Shown here: positions 47,201 to 55,746 of the stretch, in pieces
How the letters are laid out: each line of letters opens with the position of its first letter
Numbering within the stretch: position 1 is the first letter of the stretch
Source of the DNA: a virus
Lineage: Duplodnaviria; Caudoviricetes
Reading direction: 5' to 3' (one strand)
DNA length: 60,559 nt
IMG/VR virus record: IMGVR_UViG_3300020469_005303
Location: 1 to 60,559 of that record
Translations under genes and position numbers: made by a program
The notes under the pieces: generated by a model
The model's database searches: none
Seen by the model: the letters and a program-made list of their open reading frames with translations, nothing else
Told to the model about the DNA's origin: nothing

Positions 47201-50200
47201 TTCAGAACCTTGGAGTGAAGAAAACACGATGAAGTTATCGTGGAAAAACTTTAGAGAAGATGTCTCATTTTCTTATCCAATGGTAAAAAGAGGAAAAGAT
47301 ATTTCTATAATGAGAATTTATTCAAATGAAGCCAAGAATTTAGATGGTTCGTATAATGCTCTGAATATTATAGCAGAAGTTCATGCGAATGAGACTTTAA
47401 ATAATTCAAAAGTAAGACTGACATTAAATACTGGATTTGTAAACGGTGATGAATACTATTATGAATTTTTGTATCGTGGTTCAAAAAATGGTAAAAATTA
47501 TACATTAAATGAATTAAAAGAATCATACGATTATGATTGCACTCTACCACCAAATCAAGGCGAATATGTAGAGATACCTTCTGAAAAATTTATAGACCCT
47601 TTAAATTACACAACTTCGGCCAAATTATATTACAAGAGTGAAGATACACATTCTTATATTGAACCTTGGAGTGAAGACGATGCCATAGGGTTGTCATGGA
47701 AAAATTTCAGAGAAAATGTATCATTTTCATATCCTTCTGTAAAACGAGGAAGACTACCTTCTTTTATGGCAATTTATGCAAATGAAGCAAAACAAGATGA
47801 CGGTACATTTGATCCTAGATACATATTAGCAGAAATAGGAGCACAAGAAACATTAAATGGGGAAACTGTAAGACTTACTTTTAACACGGGTTTTGTTGGT
47901 GGAGATGAATATTTTTATGAATTTATTTATCGTGGGTCAATTGAAGGTACGCATTATACTCTGAATGAACTTAAGAATTTAATAGATAAAGATTATGCAG
48001 AAACCACTACCAATTCCGGACTAATACGTTATATTAAAGACTACGAAAATCTTAATATATTTAAGAAATGTAGATTGCCAAAATTTTATTCGAAAAAAGA
48101 AAACCAACTTTCCTATGTAGAGCCTTATTCTTCTGATGAAACGCAGGCAATATCGTGGAAAAACTTTAGAGAAAATGTCTCATTTTCATATCCTCAAATT
48201 GCATCTGGTTCTGAACCAAGTTTTATGACAATATATTCAAACGGTGCCAAGAGAATAGATGGATCTTATGACCCAATTTTTACACTTGCAGAGATTGGTG
48301 CATCTGACGCACTAAATGGAAAGTTAGTAAAACTTTTAATTTATGCAGACAATTGTAAGAATGATAAAACACAAGTATACGAATTTTTGTATAAAGGTTC
48401 AATAGAAGGTACTCATTTTACATTGAGTGAATTGAGAAATAAGTACGATTATGAATGTACTCTACCACCAAACTTGGGTATACCAGTCTTATTAAATAAA
48501 ATCAATGAAAATGCCGAAGAAGATAATCTACTATTCAGTAAAGCAGATGGAGGACTATCATATACAGAACCATATTCATCTGATGATGCTATTGCATTGT
48601 CATGGAAAAATTTCAGAGAAAATGTATCATTTTCGTATCCATCCGTAAAACGAGGAAATCATCCGTGTTTCATGGCAATTTATTCAAATGAAGCAAAGCA
48701 AACTGATGGAACATATGATCCTTCACATATATTAGCAGAAATAGGAGCACAAGAAACATTAAACGGAGAAACAGTAAGACTTACTTTTAATACAGGTTTT
48801 GTTGGAGGGGATGAATACTTTTATGAGTTTATTTATCGTGGATCAATTGAAGGCACACATTATACTTTGAATGAACTGAAAAATTTTATAGAATTTGATT
48901 GTACATTACCTCCAAACATGGGTGGTTTTGTATCATTATCTGATAAAGAATTTCTTGATCCACTGGATAACAAATTAAATGCCAAGTTTTTCTCAAAAGG
49001 AGAAGGTGGTCTTTCATATTCAGAACCTTGGTTTGGTGATGATATAATTAATATTTCGTGGAAAAATATTAGAGAGAATGTATCGTTTTCTTATCCATCC
49101 GTAAAAAAAGGTACATCACCAAACACTATGGCCATTTATGCAAATGAAGCAAAACAAGATGATGGAACATATGATCCTTTATACACACTTGCCGAAATAG
49201 GAGCACAAGAAACATTAAACGGAGAAACCGTAAGACTTACTTTTAATACGGGTTTTGTTGGAGGAGACGAATACTTTTATGAGTTTATTTACCACGGTTC
49301 ACTTCAAGGCACACATTATACAATAAATGAATTAAAAGAAACAATTGACTATGAGTGCATACTATCACCAAATCAAGGAGAGTATGTATCTTTATCAAAA
49401 ATAAATTTTGATGATTATTTATTAAATTCAGACAAAGCAAAGTTTTTTACGAAAATAAAAAATCAAGCTGCATTTAAACAAAACGAGAATAAAGATGAAG
49501 TGTCAATAAGTTGGAAGAACTTCAGAGAAAATGTTTCGTTTTCTTATCCAAGTGTAAAATCAGGTGTAGAACCAAGTTTTATGACGATATATGCAAACGG
49601 TGCGAAAAACAAAAAAGGTGATTATGATCCAATAAAAACACTAGCAGAAATTGGTGCAGAAGATACTTTAAATGGAAACGTGGTCAAATTAACATTTAAC
49701 CAAGGTTCAGTAAATGATGATGAATTCTTTTATGAATTTATTTACGATGGAAGTTTAGCGGGTACACACTACACACTTAATGAGCTTATGGAAAATAACT
49801 TATTGAAAAAAGTTGAGTCAACCACGCACATACAAAAAAGTAAATCTAATATAAACAATAGATTTTATGTTGAAAACTTAAATAGTATACAAATAGAAAC
49901 ATTACAAAAAAAATACACAAACTATCTAACAAGTAATGTAAATTCAAAAATCAAAAAAATTAAATCATTCGGTGAATTACCAGCAAATAGTGGTCATGAA
50001 GAAATAGTAAGAATACAGATAGATGATGATATATTACAATCGCAAAATCAAATAAAATTTTATAGTCAAAACAATTATTCTGCACATTCTGAAAATAGTA
50101 ATCTCGAAAACGAAATTGAAATTCATTGGAAATATTTCAGAGAGGGGGTGAGTTTTTACTATCCATCTATAAGAAAAAACGATACAAATGAAACTAATTC

Positions 50201-53200
50201 ATGTATGCGTTTATACATGGATCATGATAATAAAAATGGTTACGATAAAAATAAAATTATTGCTGAGATAAAGACAAGTAGTTCACTGAATGGAGAGATT
50301 GTGCGATTGAATTTAGTATCAAATACTAATAAAGAAATTTTTTATGAATTTTTATTTGACGGTACGAGTATTGGAACAGAGTATACTCTAAGTGAACTAA
50401 GTGAAAAGGTTTCTCCTAATTTGTCAAAACCACTAATAATTAACTCACCTGACTTAGAAAATTGTAAAATAAGAATTGATAAAGATAAAATATCTAACGG
50501 ATTACATAAACTTTATATATTACTAATTGATTCTGACAACCAACCAATAGGTACAGAGTCAATGATAGAAATGTATAATAATCCAATTGTATACAATCTA
50601 GAACCTAGACGAAATTTAGTCAAAAAGTCTTATACATATTCCGCAAATACAAAATCCGAATTCGGTAAAGGGATAGGTGCATCAGATAAATATTTTGTAG
50701 TAGGAAATCCATCTGATCGTAAATATTATGTAGACCAAACAACTTCATATACTGCCGGAAGTGCGTTCGTTTTTCGTGTAAATGAAACTAACTTGGATTT
50801 TCTTGAAAAGATATACGGAGAGGATACATCAGAAAATAATTTTAGCTCTGCATTTGGTAATGATGTCTCTGTACTTGGAAGTAATTTTTTGGTAGGAAGT
50901 CATTCAAAAGAAATGACAACTATTAATTTAAATGAAAGTGGAAATGCAAAAAAACTTGATATTGAAGATTTAGAATTTGGAGCAACCAAGTACGCAGATG
51001 AAATTTACCATACAAATGAAGCTCTTATTACCGATTATGAAATTGATCTAAATAGTAAAATAGGTGATGCGGTTGTCAAAGTAAAAATAGACGATTTAAA
51101 TATCAATAGGTTATTGATAAATGAAATGACACTTAAAGCAAACTTTATTGATACTGGTAATGAAACACTCAGAGTACATGGTGTGACAGGAGAAAACACA
51201 GAAGATATTAATGGAATATACAGACTAGTCAAATCCCCAATTAATATTGACTTTGGGTGTGATATTGATACTAATTTACAAACAAGAGTTTATATAAATA
51301 AAAATAATTGGTCTGTATTTTATGACAAATTACGCACTTGTTGGGTTTTAACAGACAAACCAAATATATCTGTTGAATATGAAATACCTTGTAATTGGAA
51401 TTCTGTTTTGGAAACATTTGAAAGAATAAATTTAATCAGTGAATTTAATCTTTTGACAGAGGAAATGTTAACAAGTGCGATCCAATTGTATAATGTAAGC
51501 AATCAAGATATAATAAGTAAGTGGAAATTATTAACTCAAACTAAAATACCAACGATATCTGTAAGTTATGCTAATTTAATAAGAGAACTTGAGTCAATAA
51601 GTAAACTAAAATTAAATCCACAATTGATTGAAGAAATATTTTATTTATACAGCTCAAATTCAAGAAAAAGAATATCTACAAGTATTTTGAAAAGATGGAA
51701 AGATTCGGAAAGCAACTTAGGTATGCTACCTTTTATATACGAACTTGATTCTGTAAATCCAATTTCATTAAACTTTAGTTTACTTGTAAAAACATTGGAT
51801 ATATATAAACTTAAAGATTACGAAATATTAAAATCATGGTCAGTCAAACTTGGGTATAATCACCTGTTGGGAGACTTGCTAAGAGAAATTAGACCTTCAT
51901 ATCATGATAGGTTATCTATATATAATTTACGATTGTTGACAAAAATTGCAACTGATTTTATAAGTCAACGTAAATACAGTACGATAACGACACAAACTGA
52001 TGACTGTCCAGAGGTAGAAAATTTTATTTTGACAGAAGAAGAACTAGGTCAATATGGAAAAAAGTGGAAACCTAATGTTGATCGTGGGTTTTTATTAAGT
52101 GATGTATTCAAGGATATAAATAAAAATGTGAATATTAATTTTGCAATTTCAAACGAGACATCGGATGAAGATATGCCAAGAAGTTTTATGTCTGGTGTTG
52201 GGTTGCTCGAAGACAAAGATATCAAAATTAATTCAAATAACGATACAATAGGAGAGCATTCTTCACTTACATGGGGAATCTATCGTGACAAAACAGAAAT
52301 AGTAGGAAATTATATACATTTTTACGTAAATATTCTACCTGATGTAGAATTGGATAGTACATTGGTTTTTGTATACAATTCAATTAAATCAGCAATCAAC
52401 GGATATGTGTATTATTATTCTATTAATAATGATACGAATAAATGTAGAAAAATCAAGAGAATGAAAACAAATAAAACAAAATATTCTTGTAAAAAGCAAT
52501 ATGGTCATTCTGTAAGTTTAAGCAAGAATTTTATTTCAGTTGGTTCTCCTGTACTTGGTAACTTCAACATTGATGAAATATCTACGTTCGGAGGACGTTC
52601 GGTTGTTTCGTTTGGAGATTCTGAAAAGCTATTTATTGAATATAATGTCATACCACCGACTCTCATAAACGATTTCAGTAAAAAAATAGTTGGGTCTATA
52701 ATTTCGTATGACCATGCAGCCATATTAGATAATAAAAGTCAATTTATAGGTAATGTATTTTATAAGAACGGTGTTATTGCTCTAACAGATAGAACTGGTT
52801 ATTTTTCCGAGTTGTTAAGTAATAGTGGAACATCAGGATTTGAGTTAGAATTTAAATCAATGCATACTTTATATGAAAACGAAATACTATGTAAAGTTGA
52901 ACCACATGAATTTAACTTTAGTACCAATCCTACATCTGTTCAATCGGGACAAATTTCATACGATATAAATCAAGATGGTAAATTTGACATAATTGATGCG
53001 TCCTACATATTTAAATACATAATGGGTGAGGTAGGTGATATAGAAATTACAGATGATGAAATAATTGAAAATGAAACATCAATAAAATTGTCTGCAAAAA
53101 ATAAATGGCCCAAACAAGACTTATTAATGACAGAATCTGAAGATGTATTGTTAATGGATTTATTTTTTAATTCAGATATAATTGAAAATCGACCAACACA

Positions 53201-53624
53201 TGAAAAAGTTATTTCAAATTTAAAACAAAAATATGAGAATGGAGAGTTCGATATAAATGGTGACGGAAAAACCGATGAAGTTGATGCAAATTTATTATTA
53301 AGATACTTCGTGGGAAGACGAGGTACATATTTAACAAGAGACTTAGTTAGTAAATATGATAATTCAACACGAAGTGATGCAAATACGATAATTAAATTTT
53401 TAGATGAAAAAACAGGTAAGAATTTAGGAAGAGAAATATTAAAAGATTTTCAAGACTTTTCTGAAAATGACAAACAAGATTCTACTGGAAGTTATCTTGC
53501 TCCTTATGCAACAACAATTGGATTATATAGTGGATTAGAACTTGCAATGGTTGCAAAATTAGGGAAGCCTGTTAAAATACTTCCAAACTATCCTATAAAC
53601 TTTTTAATAAAATTTGATAATTAA
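44226..53624 (+). CDS. Giant (3132 aa) virion protein: FG-GAP propeller, 8 WKNFRE domains, dockerin-like EF loops
   Basis: Uninterrupted 9.4-kb ORF (GTG start); seven (F/Y)GxxV...VGxP blades; same C-terminal motif as 42765 gene (YATTIGLY...VAKLGKP). Confidence 0.8.
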   Translation: MIKVLKLSNKSVTRFKTNKKWNYSTLDSGSNIVLEQGDNIPLFSSSINKLSTEQNNSEFKLNLRVGKKVTGTFFSKDSKYFNAEKEPLNYDGSYQRVVYNSIKHLFYNDYGTVGDIENDSYYKNPINIFGSETGIYSPQNFSSKTLEVDKRSERRVMSDEVTVLEIPANVFGEKIKPGTLKIIDHSSEFESIEIVDDGNTNLIVGTNSFNNISELNLNSFFNSISETSSVDQKINIDYTDLSYGYEVDSHGDFLLSGAPTLSTSISENQSGRASLHKFNPISKKHELVKNFYCPFTQNGLAHENRNDNCQFIITELEDVISTENFLVNDDFGKSVSINESICAIGSPKSHINGRNNDQPTGHIFIYEKNKGGKENWGIINVFEGTPDSDFGESISTDGDFIAVGSPNFENGVGCVYVFKKTKRTKEHPWIKTSSVYDSYQWNDVLSKYEGTPTQDTEEYSKYLKDRDGIISRRISKTIKELKKLLNTGVISDIEYINAIPTKDDYSEVYPYNYLYTDNVEECEDKSNWYNQKIWSKNTHPATRCKFAEDEKHYKKSSWPGYMTDEKTDLYIPNPAHEQNKDNKWAYRWKLQNVVGNAEDINLFGDNDDCELDNLSMFSNSNLNSFGDDSGFPLTEYSETPKESIGDTTYDLIGTIKSPDLSSKRFGEKVVIKGNKLYASTHTTDFPRCYMFVKTTNEHGCEVWELKNTISETELIGHTNNSMIDESVLHSVELNHYDTYFDIKICPSVSSTSDSTGIPTFNKWIYSFDQPILSSENKILGGTRVDACDSICKDYNSYKYYSRFSKIKEKQAAQIPANYGEQINLPMLNDKAKFFSKAEFADSFYHPSDNSIGISWKNARENVSFAYTNVTPGNFPNFMTIYSNEAKQSDGTYDPLHTLIEIGGHETLNNQLVRLIIDSERGNTEHFYEFIYRGSIEGTHYTLNELKEKIEYECTLPPNKGVYTTIANELFIDGLGNKQNAKLFSKGENDLQYSEPWSEENTMKLSWKNFREDVSFSYPMVKRGKDISIMRIYSNEAKNLDGSYNALNIIAEVHANETLNNSKVRLTLNTGFVNGDEYYYEFLYRGSKNGKNYTLNELKESYDYDCTLPPNQGEYVEIPSEKFIDPLNYTTSAKLYYKSEDTHSYIEPWSEDDAIGLSWKNFRENVSFSYPSVKRGRLPSFMAIYANEAKQDDGTFDPRYILAEIGAQETLNGETVRLTFNTGFVGGDEYFYEFIYRGSIEGTHYTLNELKNLIDKDYAETTTNSGLIRYIKDYENLNIFKKCRLPKFYSKKENQLSYVEPYSSDETQAISWKNFRENVSFSYPQIASGSEPSFMTIYSNGAKRIDGSYDPIFTLAEIGASDALNGKLVKLLIYADNCKNDKTQVYEFLYKGSIEGTHFTLSELRNKYDYECTLPPNLGIPVLLNKINENAEEDNLLFSKADGGLSYTEPYSSDDAIALSWKNFRENVSFSYPSVKRGNHPCFMAIYSNEAKQTDGTYDPSHILAEIGAQETLNGETVRLTFNTGFVGGDEYFYEFIYRGSIEGTHYTLNELKNFIEFDCTLPPNMGGFVSLSDKEFLDPLDNKLNAKFFSKGEGGLSYSEPWFGDDIINISWKNIRENVSFSYPSVKKGTSPNTMAIYANEAKQDDGTYDPLYTLAEIGAQETLNGETVRLTFNTGFVGGDEYFYEFIYHGSLQGTHYTINELKETIDYECILSPNQGEYVSLSKINFDDYLLNSDKAKFFTKIKNQAAFKQNENKDEVSISWKNFRENVSFSYPSVKSGVEPSFMTIYANGAKNKKGDYDPIKTLAEIGAEDTLNGNVVKLTFNQGSVNDDEFFYEFIYDGSLAGTHYTLNELMENNLLKKVESTTHIQKSKSNINNRFYVENLNSIQIETLQKKYTNYLTSNVNSKIKKIKSFGELPANSGHEEIVRIQIDDDILQSQNQIKFYSQNNYSAHSENSNLENEIEIHWKYFREGVSFYYPSIRKNDTNETNSCMRLYMDHDNKNGYDKNKIIAEIKTSSSLNGEIVRLNLVSNTNKEIFYEFLFDGTSIGTEYTLSELSEKVSPNLSKPLIINSPDLENCKIRIDKDKISNGLHKLYILLIDSDNQPIGTESMIEMYNNPIVYNLEPRRNLVKKSYTYSANTKSEFGKGIGASDKYFVVGNPSDRKYYVDQTTSYTAGSAFVFRVNETNLDFLEKIYGEDTSENNFSSAFGNDVSVLGSNFLVGSHSKEMTTINLNESGNAKKLDIEDLEFGATKYADEIYHTNEALITDYEIDLNSKIGDAVVKVKIDDLNINRLLINEMTLKANFIDTGNETLRVHGVTGENTEDINGIYRLVKSPINIDFGCDIDTNLQTRVYINKNNWSVFYDKLRTCWVLTDKPNISVEYEIPCNWNSVLETFERINLISEFNLLTEEMLTSAIQLYNVSNQDIISKWKLLTQTKIPTISVSYANLIRELESISKLKLNPQLIEEIFYLYSSNSRKRISTSILKRWKDSESNLGMLPFIYELDSVNPISLNFSLLVKTLDIYKLKDYEILKSWSVKLGYNHLLGDLLREIRPSYHDRLSIYNLRLLTKIATDFISQRKYSTITTQTDDCPEVENFILTEEELGQYGKKWKPNVDRGFLLSDVFKDINKNVNINFAISNETSDEDMPRSFMSGVGLLEDKDIKINSNNDTIGEHSSLTWGIYRDKTEIVGNYIHFYVNILPDVELDSTLVFVYNSIKSAINGYVYYYSINNDTNKCRKIKRMKTNKTKYSCKKQYGHSVSLSKNFISVGSPVLGNFNIDEISTFGGRSVVSFGDSEKLFIEYNVIPPTLINDFSKKIVGSIISYDHAAILDNKSQFIGNVFYKNGVIALTDRTGYFSELLSNSGTSGFELEFKSMHTLYENEILCKVEPHEFNFSTNPTSVQSGQISYDINQDGKFDIIDASYIFKYIMGEVGDIEITDDEIIENETSIKLSAKNKWPKQDLLMTESEDVLLMDLFFNSDIIENRPTHEKVISNLKQKYENGEFDINGDGKTDEVDANLLLRYFVGRRGTYLTRDLVSKYDNSTRSDANTIIKFLDEKTGKNLGREILKDFQDFSENDKQDSTGSYLAPYATTIGLYSGLELAMVAKLGKPVKILPNYPINFLIKFDN
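46660..50400 (+). repeat. Array of eight ~140-aa coding repeats (WKNFRE domain)
   Basis: Consensus CTLPPNxG...KFFSK...SWKNFRENVSFSYP...MxIYxNEAK..DGTYDP..LAEIGAQETLNGE.VRL...YEFIYRGSIEGTHYTLNELK; boundaries approximate. Confidence 0.95.
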
Positions 53625-53678
53625 GCAAAGTTACTTAATATTTATGAATAACAACCTATTAAACGGAGAAAAAACAAA

Positions 53679-54245
53679 ATGAGTTTAGATGCAAAAACAC
53701 AAAATGCAAGATCAAAAACACTTACGAATTCAAGTGGACGTTGGTCTGTAGATGAATCCCTTAAAGGAAAAGGACTTGAGGCTTTATACGCAAAGGCGTC
53801 AGGAAGTATTTACACAGCAATGGGTGGAGGAAATCTACCAGCAGGAGCAGTTTCACCTGGATTAAACGAGCAAATCGGTTCTGGAATGAATCGTACTAAT
53901 GGCGGTCAAAGTTTCTTTGGATTTGGTCGTGGTAATGATCGTGGTTCTGCGGAAAATCTTGGTTCAGAAAATATTGCAGGTGGTGGTCGTAAACAACAAC
54001 CACCAAAACAACGTGGTGAAGGTGGAGTTTTAGGTTTTACTACATTTCGTGTTCCTATGACTGATCACGATTATGGTGCAAATGCACAAAAAGTGGAAGA
54101 GTTAGCACAATCAAGTTGGTATACACAAGGTCTTAAAGGTCCAAAAAAATATGGAACTACAATGACAGGACTTGGTGGTCGTAGTAAAAGTTCACGTGGT
54201 CGTGAAGACGGTGGTGCTGGAAGTGGTGGTCAAAGTAAATACTAA
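53679..54245 (+). CDS. Gly/Ser/Arg-rich low-complexity protein
   Basis: SD GGAG and upstream ATATTTAT (53638); dense GG/RG/FG motifs; GGT/CGT codon bias. Confidence 0.75.
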   Translation: MSLDAKTQNARSKTLTNSSGRWSVDESLKGKGLEALYAKASGSIYTAMGGGNLPAGAVSPGLNEQIGSGMNRTNGGQSFFGFGRGNDRGSAENLGSENIAGGGRKQQPPKQRGEGGVLGFTTFRVPMTDHDYGANAQKVEELAQSSWYTQGLKGPKKYGTTMTGLGGRSKSSRGREDGGAGSGGQSKY

Positions 54246-54253
54246 TTTACTTC

Positions 54254-54282
54254 TTGCCTTTTTAGTTTAAAAAGCATAACAT
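54254..54282 (+). promoter_or_regulatory. Sigma70-type promoter for replication/recombination operon
   Basis: TTGCCT-N17-TAACAT, 7 nt before ATG 54290. Confidence 0.5.
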
Positions 54283-54289
54283 ATAGGTT

Positions 54290-54820
54290 ATGCAAAATAA
54301 ATCCTATTGTTTAGGATTAGATATCAGTTCTACGGTTGTTGGTTATTGTTATTCTTCTTCTAAAAATAAAGTAAGTCACGCAGGATATATAGATATTCGT
54401 AAAGAAATCAGTATCAAGCAAAAAGCACATAATGTTGCTGAAATACTAGATAAACTAGAAATAGAACCTTCGATAATTATAGTTGAAGATACATTAAGTG
54501 GTTTTGGTGGAGGAAGAACCAGTCAGCAAACTATTGTTAAGTTAGCAAAGTGCAATGCAGTAATAAGTTATGTAATAGAAGCATTGTATGAATTAGATGT
54601 AGAACACGTGAATGTTTCATCTCTTCGTAAGGCTGTATTCGGAAAAAGTCGTGAACAAGGAGTTGATAGTAAAACATTTGTACGTGAACAACTTGAGAAA
54701 AAGATTGATTTAAGTAAATTTATCGTCTATAATAGTAGAAAAAATTATGATAAAAGAAACTACGATATGTTGGACGCAACGGTAGCATCATTATATCATT
54801 GGCATACTATTGACAATTAA
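54290..54820 (+). CDS. RuvC-like Holliday junction resolvase
   Basis: LGLDISSTVVG, IIVED, DMLDA acidic RNase H-fold motifs. Confidence 0.8.
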   Translation: MQNKSYCLGLDISSTVVGYCYSSSKNKVSHAGYIDIRKEISIKQKAHNVAEILDKLEIEPSIIIVEDTLSGFGGGRTSQQTIVKLAKCNAVISYVIEALYELDVEHVNVSSLRKAVFGKSREQGVDSKTFVREQLEKKIDLSKFIVYNSRKNYDKRNYDMLDATVASLYHWHTIDN

Positions 54821-55746
54821 TGGGGATTTCCGAACAAAAACTATATGCTTTATTACAAAAAGTGTTAGGTGAAGGTAAAATCGTCTCTAAGGACGAAGCA
54901 ATGTTTGTGTGTCCGTTTTCTCATCACCATAAACCAAAGTTGGCAGTAAACCTCACAACACAACGGTGGCAAAGTTGGATTGATACAAACGCAAAAGGAC
55001 GTAGTATTTTTGCGTTATTCAAAAGAATACAAGTTCCAAGCAATTATTTTGCGGAGTTGTCTAAAATCGTTAAACTTCCAAAAAACACTAAACTCGCAGA
55101 CACCGAAGAGCAATTTGTATCATTACCTTATGAATTTAAAAGATTGACTGAAACACATACTGACTTTTCTTATTCTAAAGCAATGAAGTATTTAAAAAAT
55201 CGTGGAATTCAATCATATGATATTGAACGATATGATATAGGATATTGCGATAAAGGAGATTATGCAGGTCGTATTATTGTTCCATCGTTCGATGTAGACA
55301 ATAAATTAAATTACTTTCTTGCAAGAGATTTTACAGGAACTGCGTATTTGAAGTATAAGAATCCACCTGTAAGCAAAGATGTTGTAGTATTTGAAAACCA
55401 AATAGATTTTTCTGAACCATTGATTTTATGCGAAGGGGTATTTGATGCAATAGCAATTCGCAGAAATGCAATTGCTTTGCTTGGAAAAAATATTCCAAGC
55501 AAACTCAAACTACGTTTAATAGAACATGGTGTAAAAGAAGTTAGCATTGTATTAGATAATGATGCGTATAAAAATGCACTATACATATCAGAAACTTTAA
55601 TGAACGATAATATAAAAGTAAAATTAATCAGAATGGGAAATGAAGACGCTGCCGATTTAGGATTTAACAAAATTATTCATAGAATCAAAGAAACCAGTTT
55701 TCTTGATTTTAGTGAATTAATGAATCAAAAGTTATGCATGAATTAA
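54820..55746 (+). CDS. DNA primase (DnaG/TOPRIM type, phage)
   Basis: YLKNRGI, RIIVPS, YKNP, LCEGVFDA, LDNDA, DAAD motifs. Confidence 0.9.
   Translation: MGISEQKLYALLQKVLGEGKIVSKDEAMFVCPFSHHHKPKLAVNLTTQRWQSWIDTNAKGRSIFALFKRIQVPSNYFAELSKIVKLPKNTKLADTEEQFVSLPYEFKRLTETHTDFSYSKAMKYLKNRGIQSYDIERYDIGYCDKGDYAGRIIVPSFDVDNKLNYFLARDFTGTAYLKYKNPPVSKDVVVFENQIDFSEPLILCEGVFDAIAIRRNAIALLGKNIPSKLKLRLIEHGVKEVSIVLDNDAYKNALYISETLMNDNIKVKLIRMGNEDAADLGFNKIIHRIKETSFLDFSELMNQKLCMN

Noticed and set aside
46660-50400. Diversity-generating retroelement (TR/VR pairs) among the WKNFRE repeats
   Set aside because: In the pair compared by eye (copies 3 and 5), differences are mostly synonymous and involve all bases, not adenine-specific. 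All copies are in-frame coding, and no reverse transcriptase is in the window.
46660-50400. WKNFRE repeats as inteins/Hint domains (several begin with Cys)
   Set aside because: No TxxH block B or terminal HN-C/S/T; the leading Cys is absent in several copies.
21758-53624. Bacterial contractile injection system (eCIS/T6SS) instead of phage
   Set aside because: Flanked by phage-type primase, gp46/47, resolvase, PhoH, Hsp20 and a sigma-like gene; no cellular housekeeping context.
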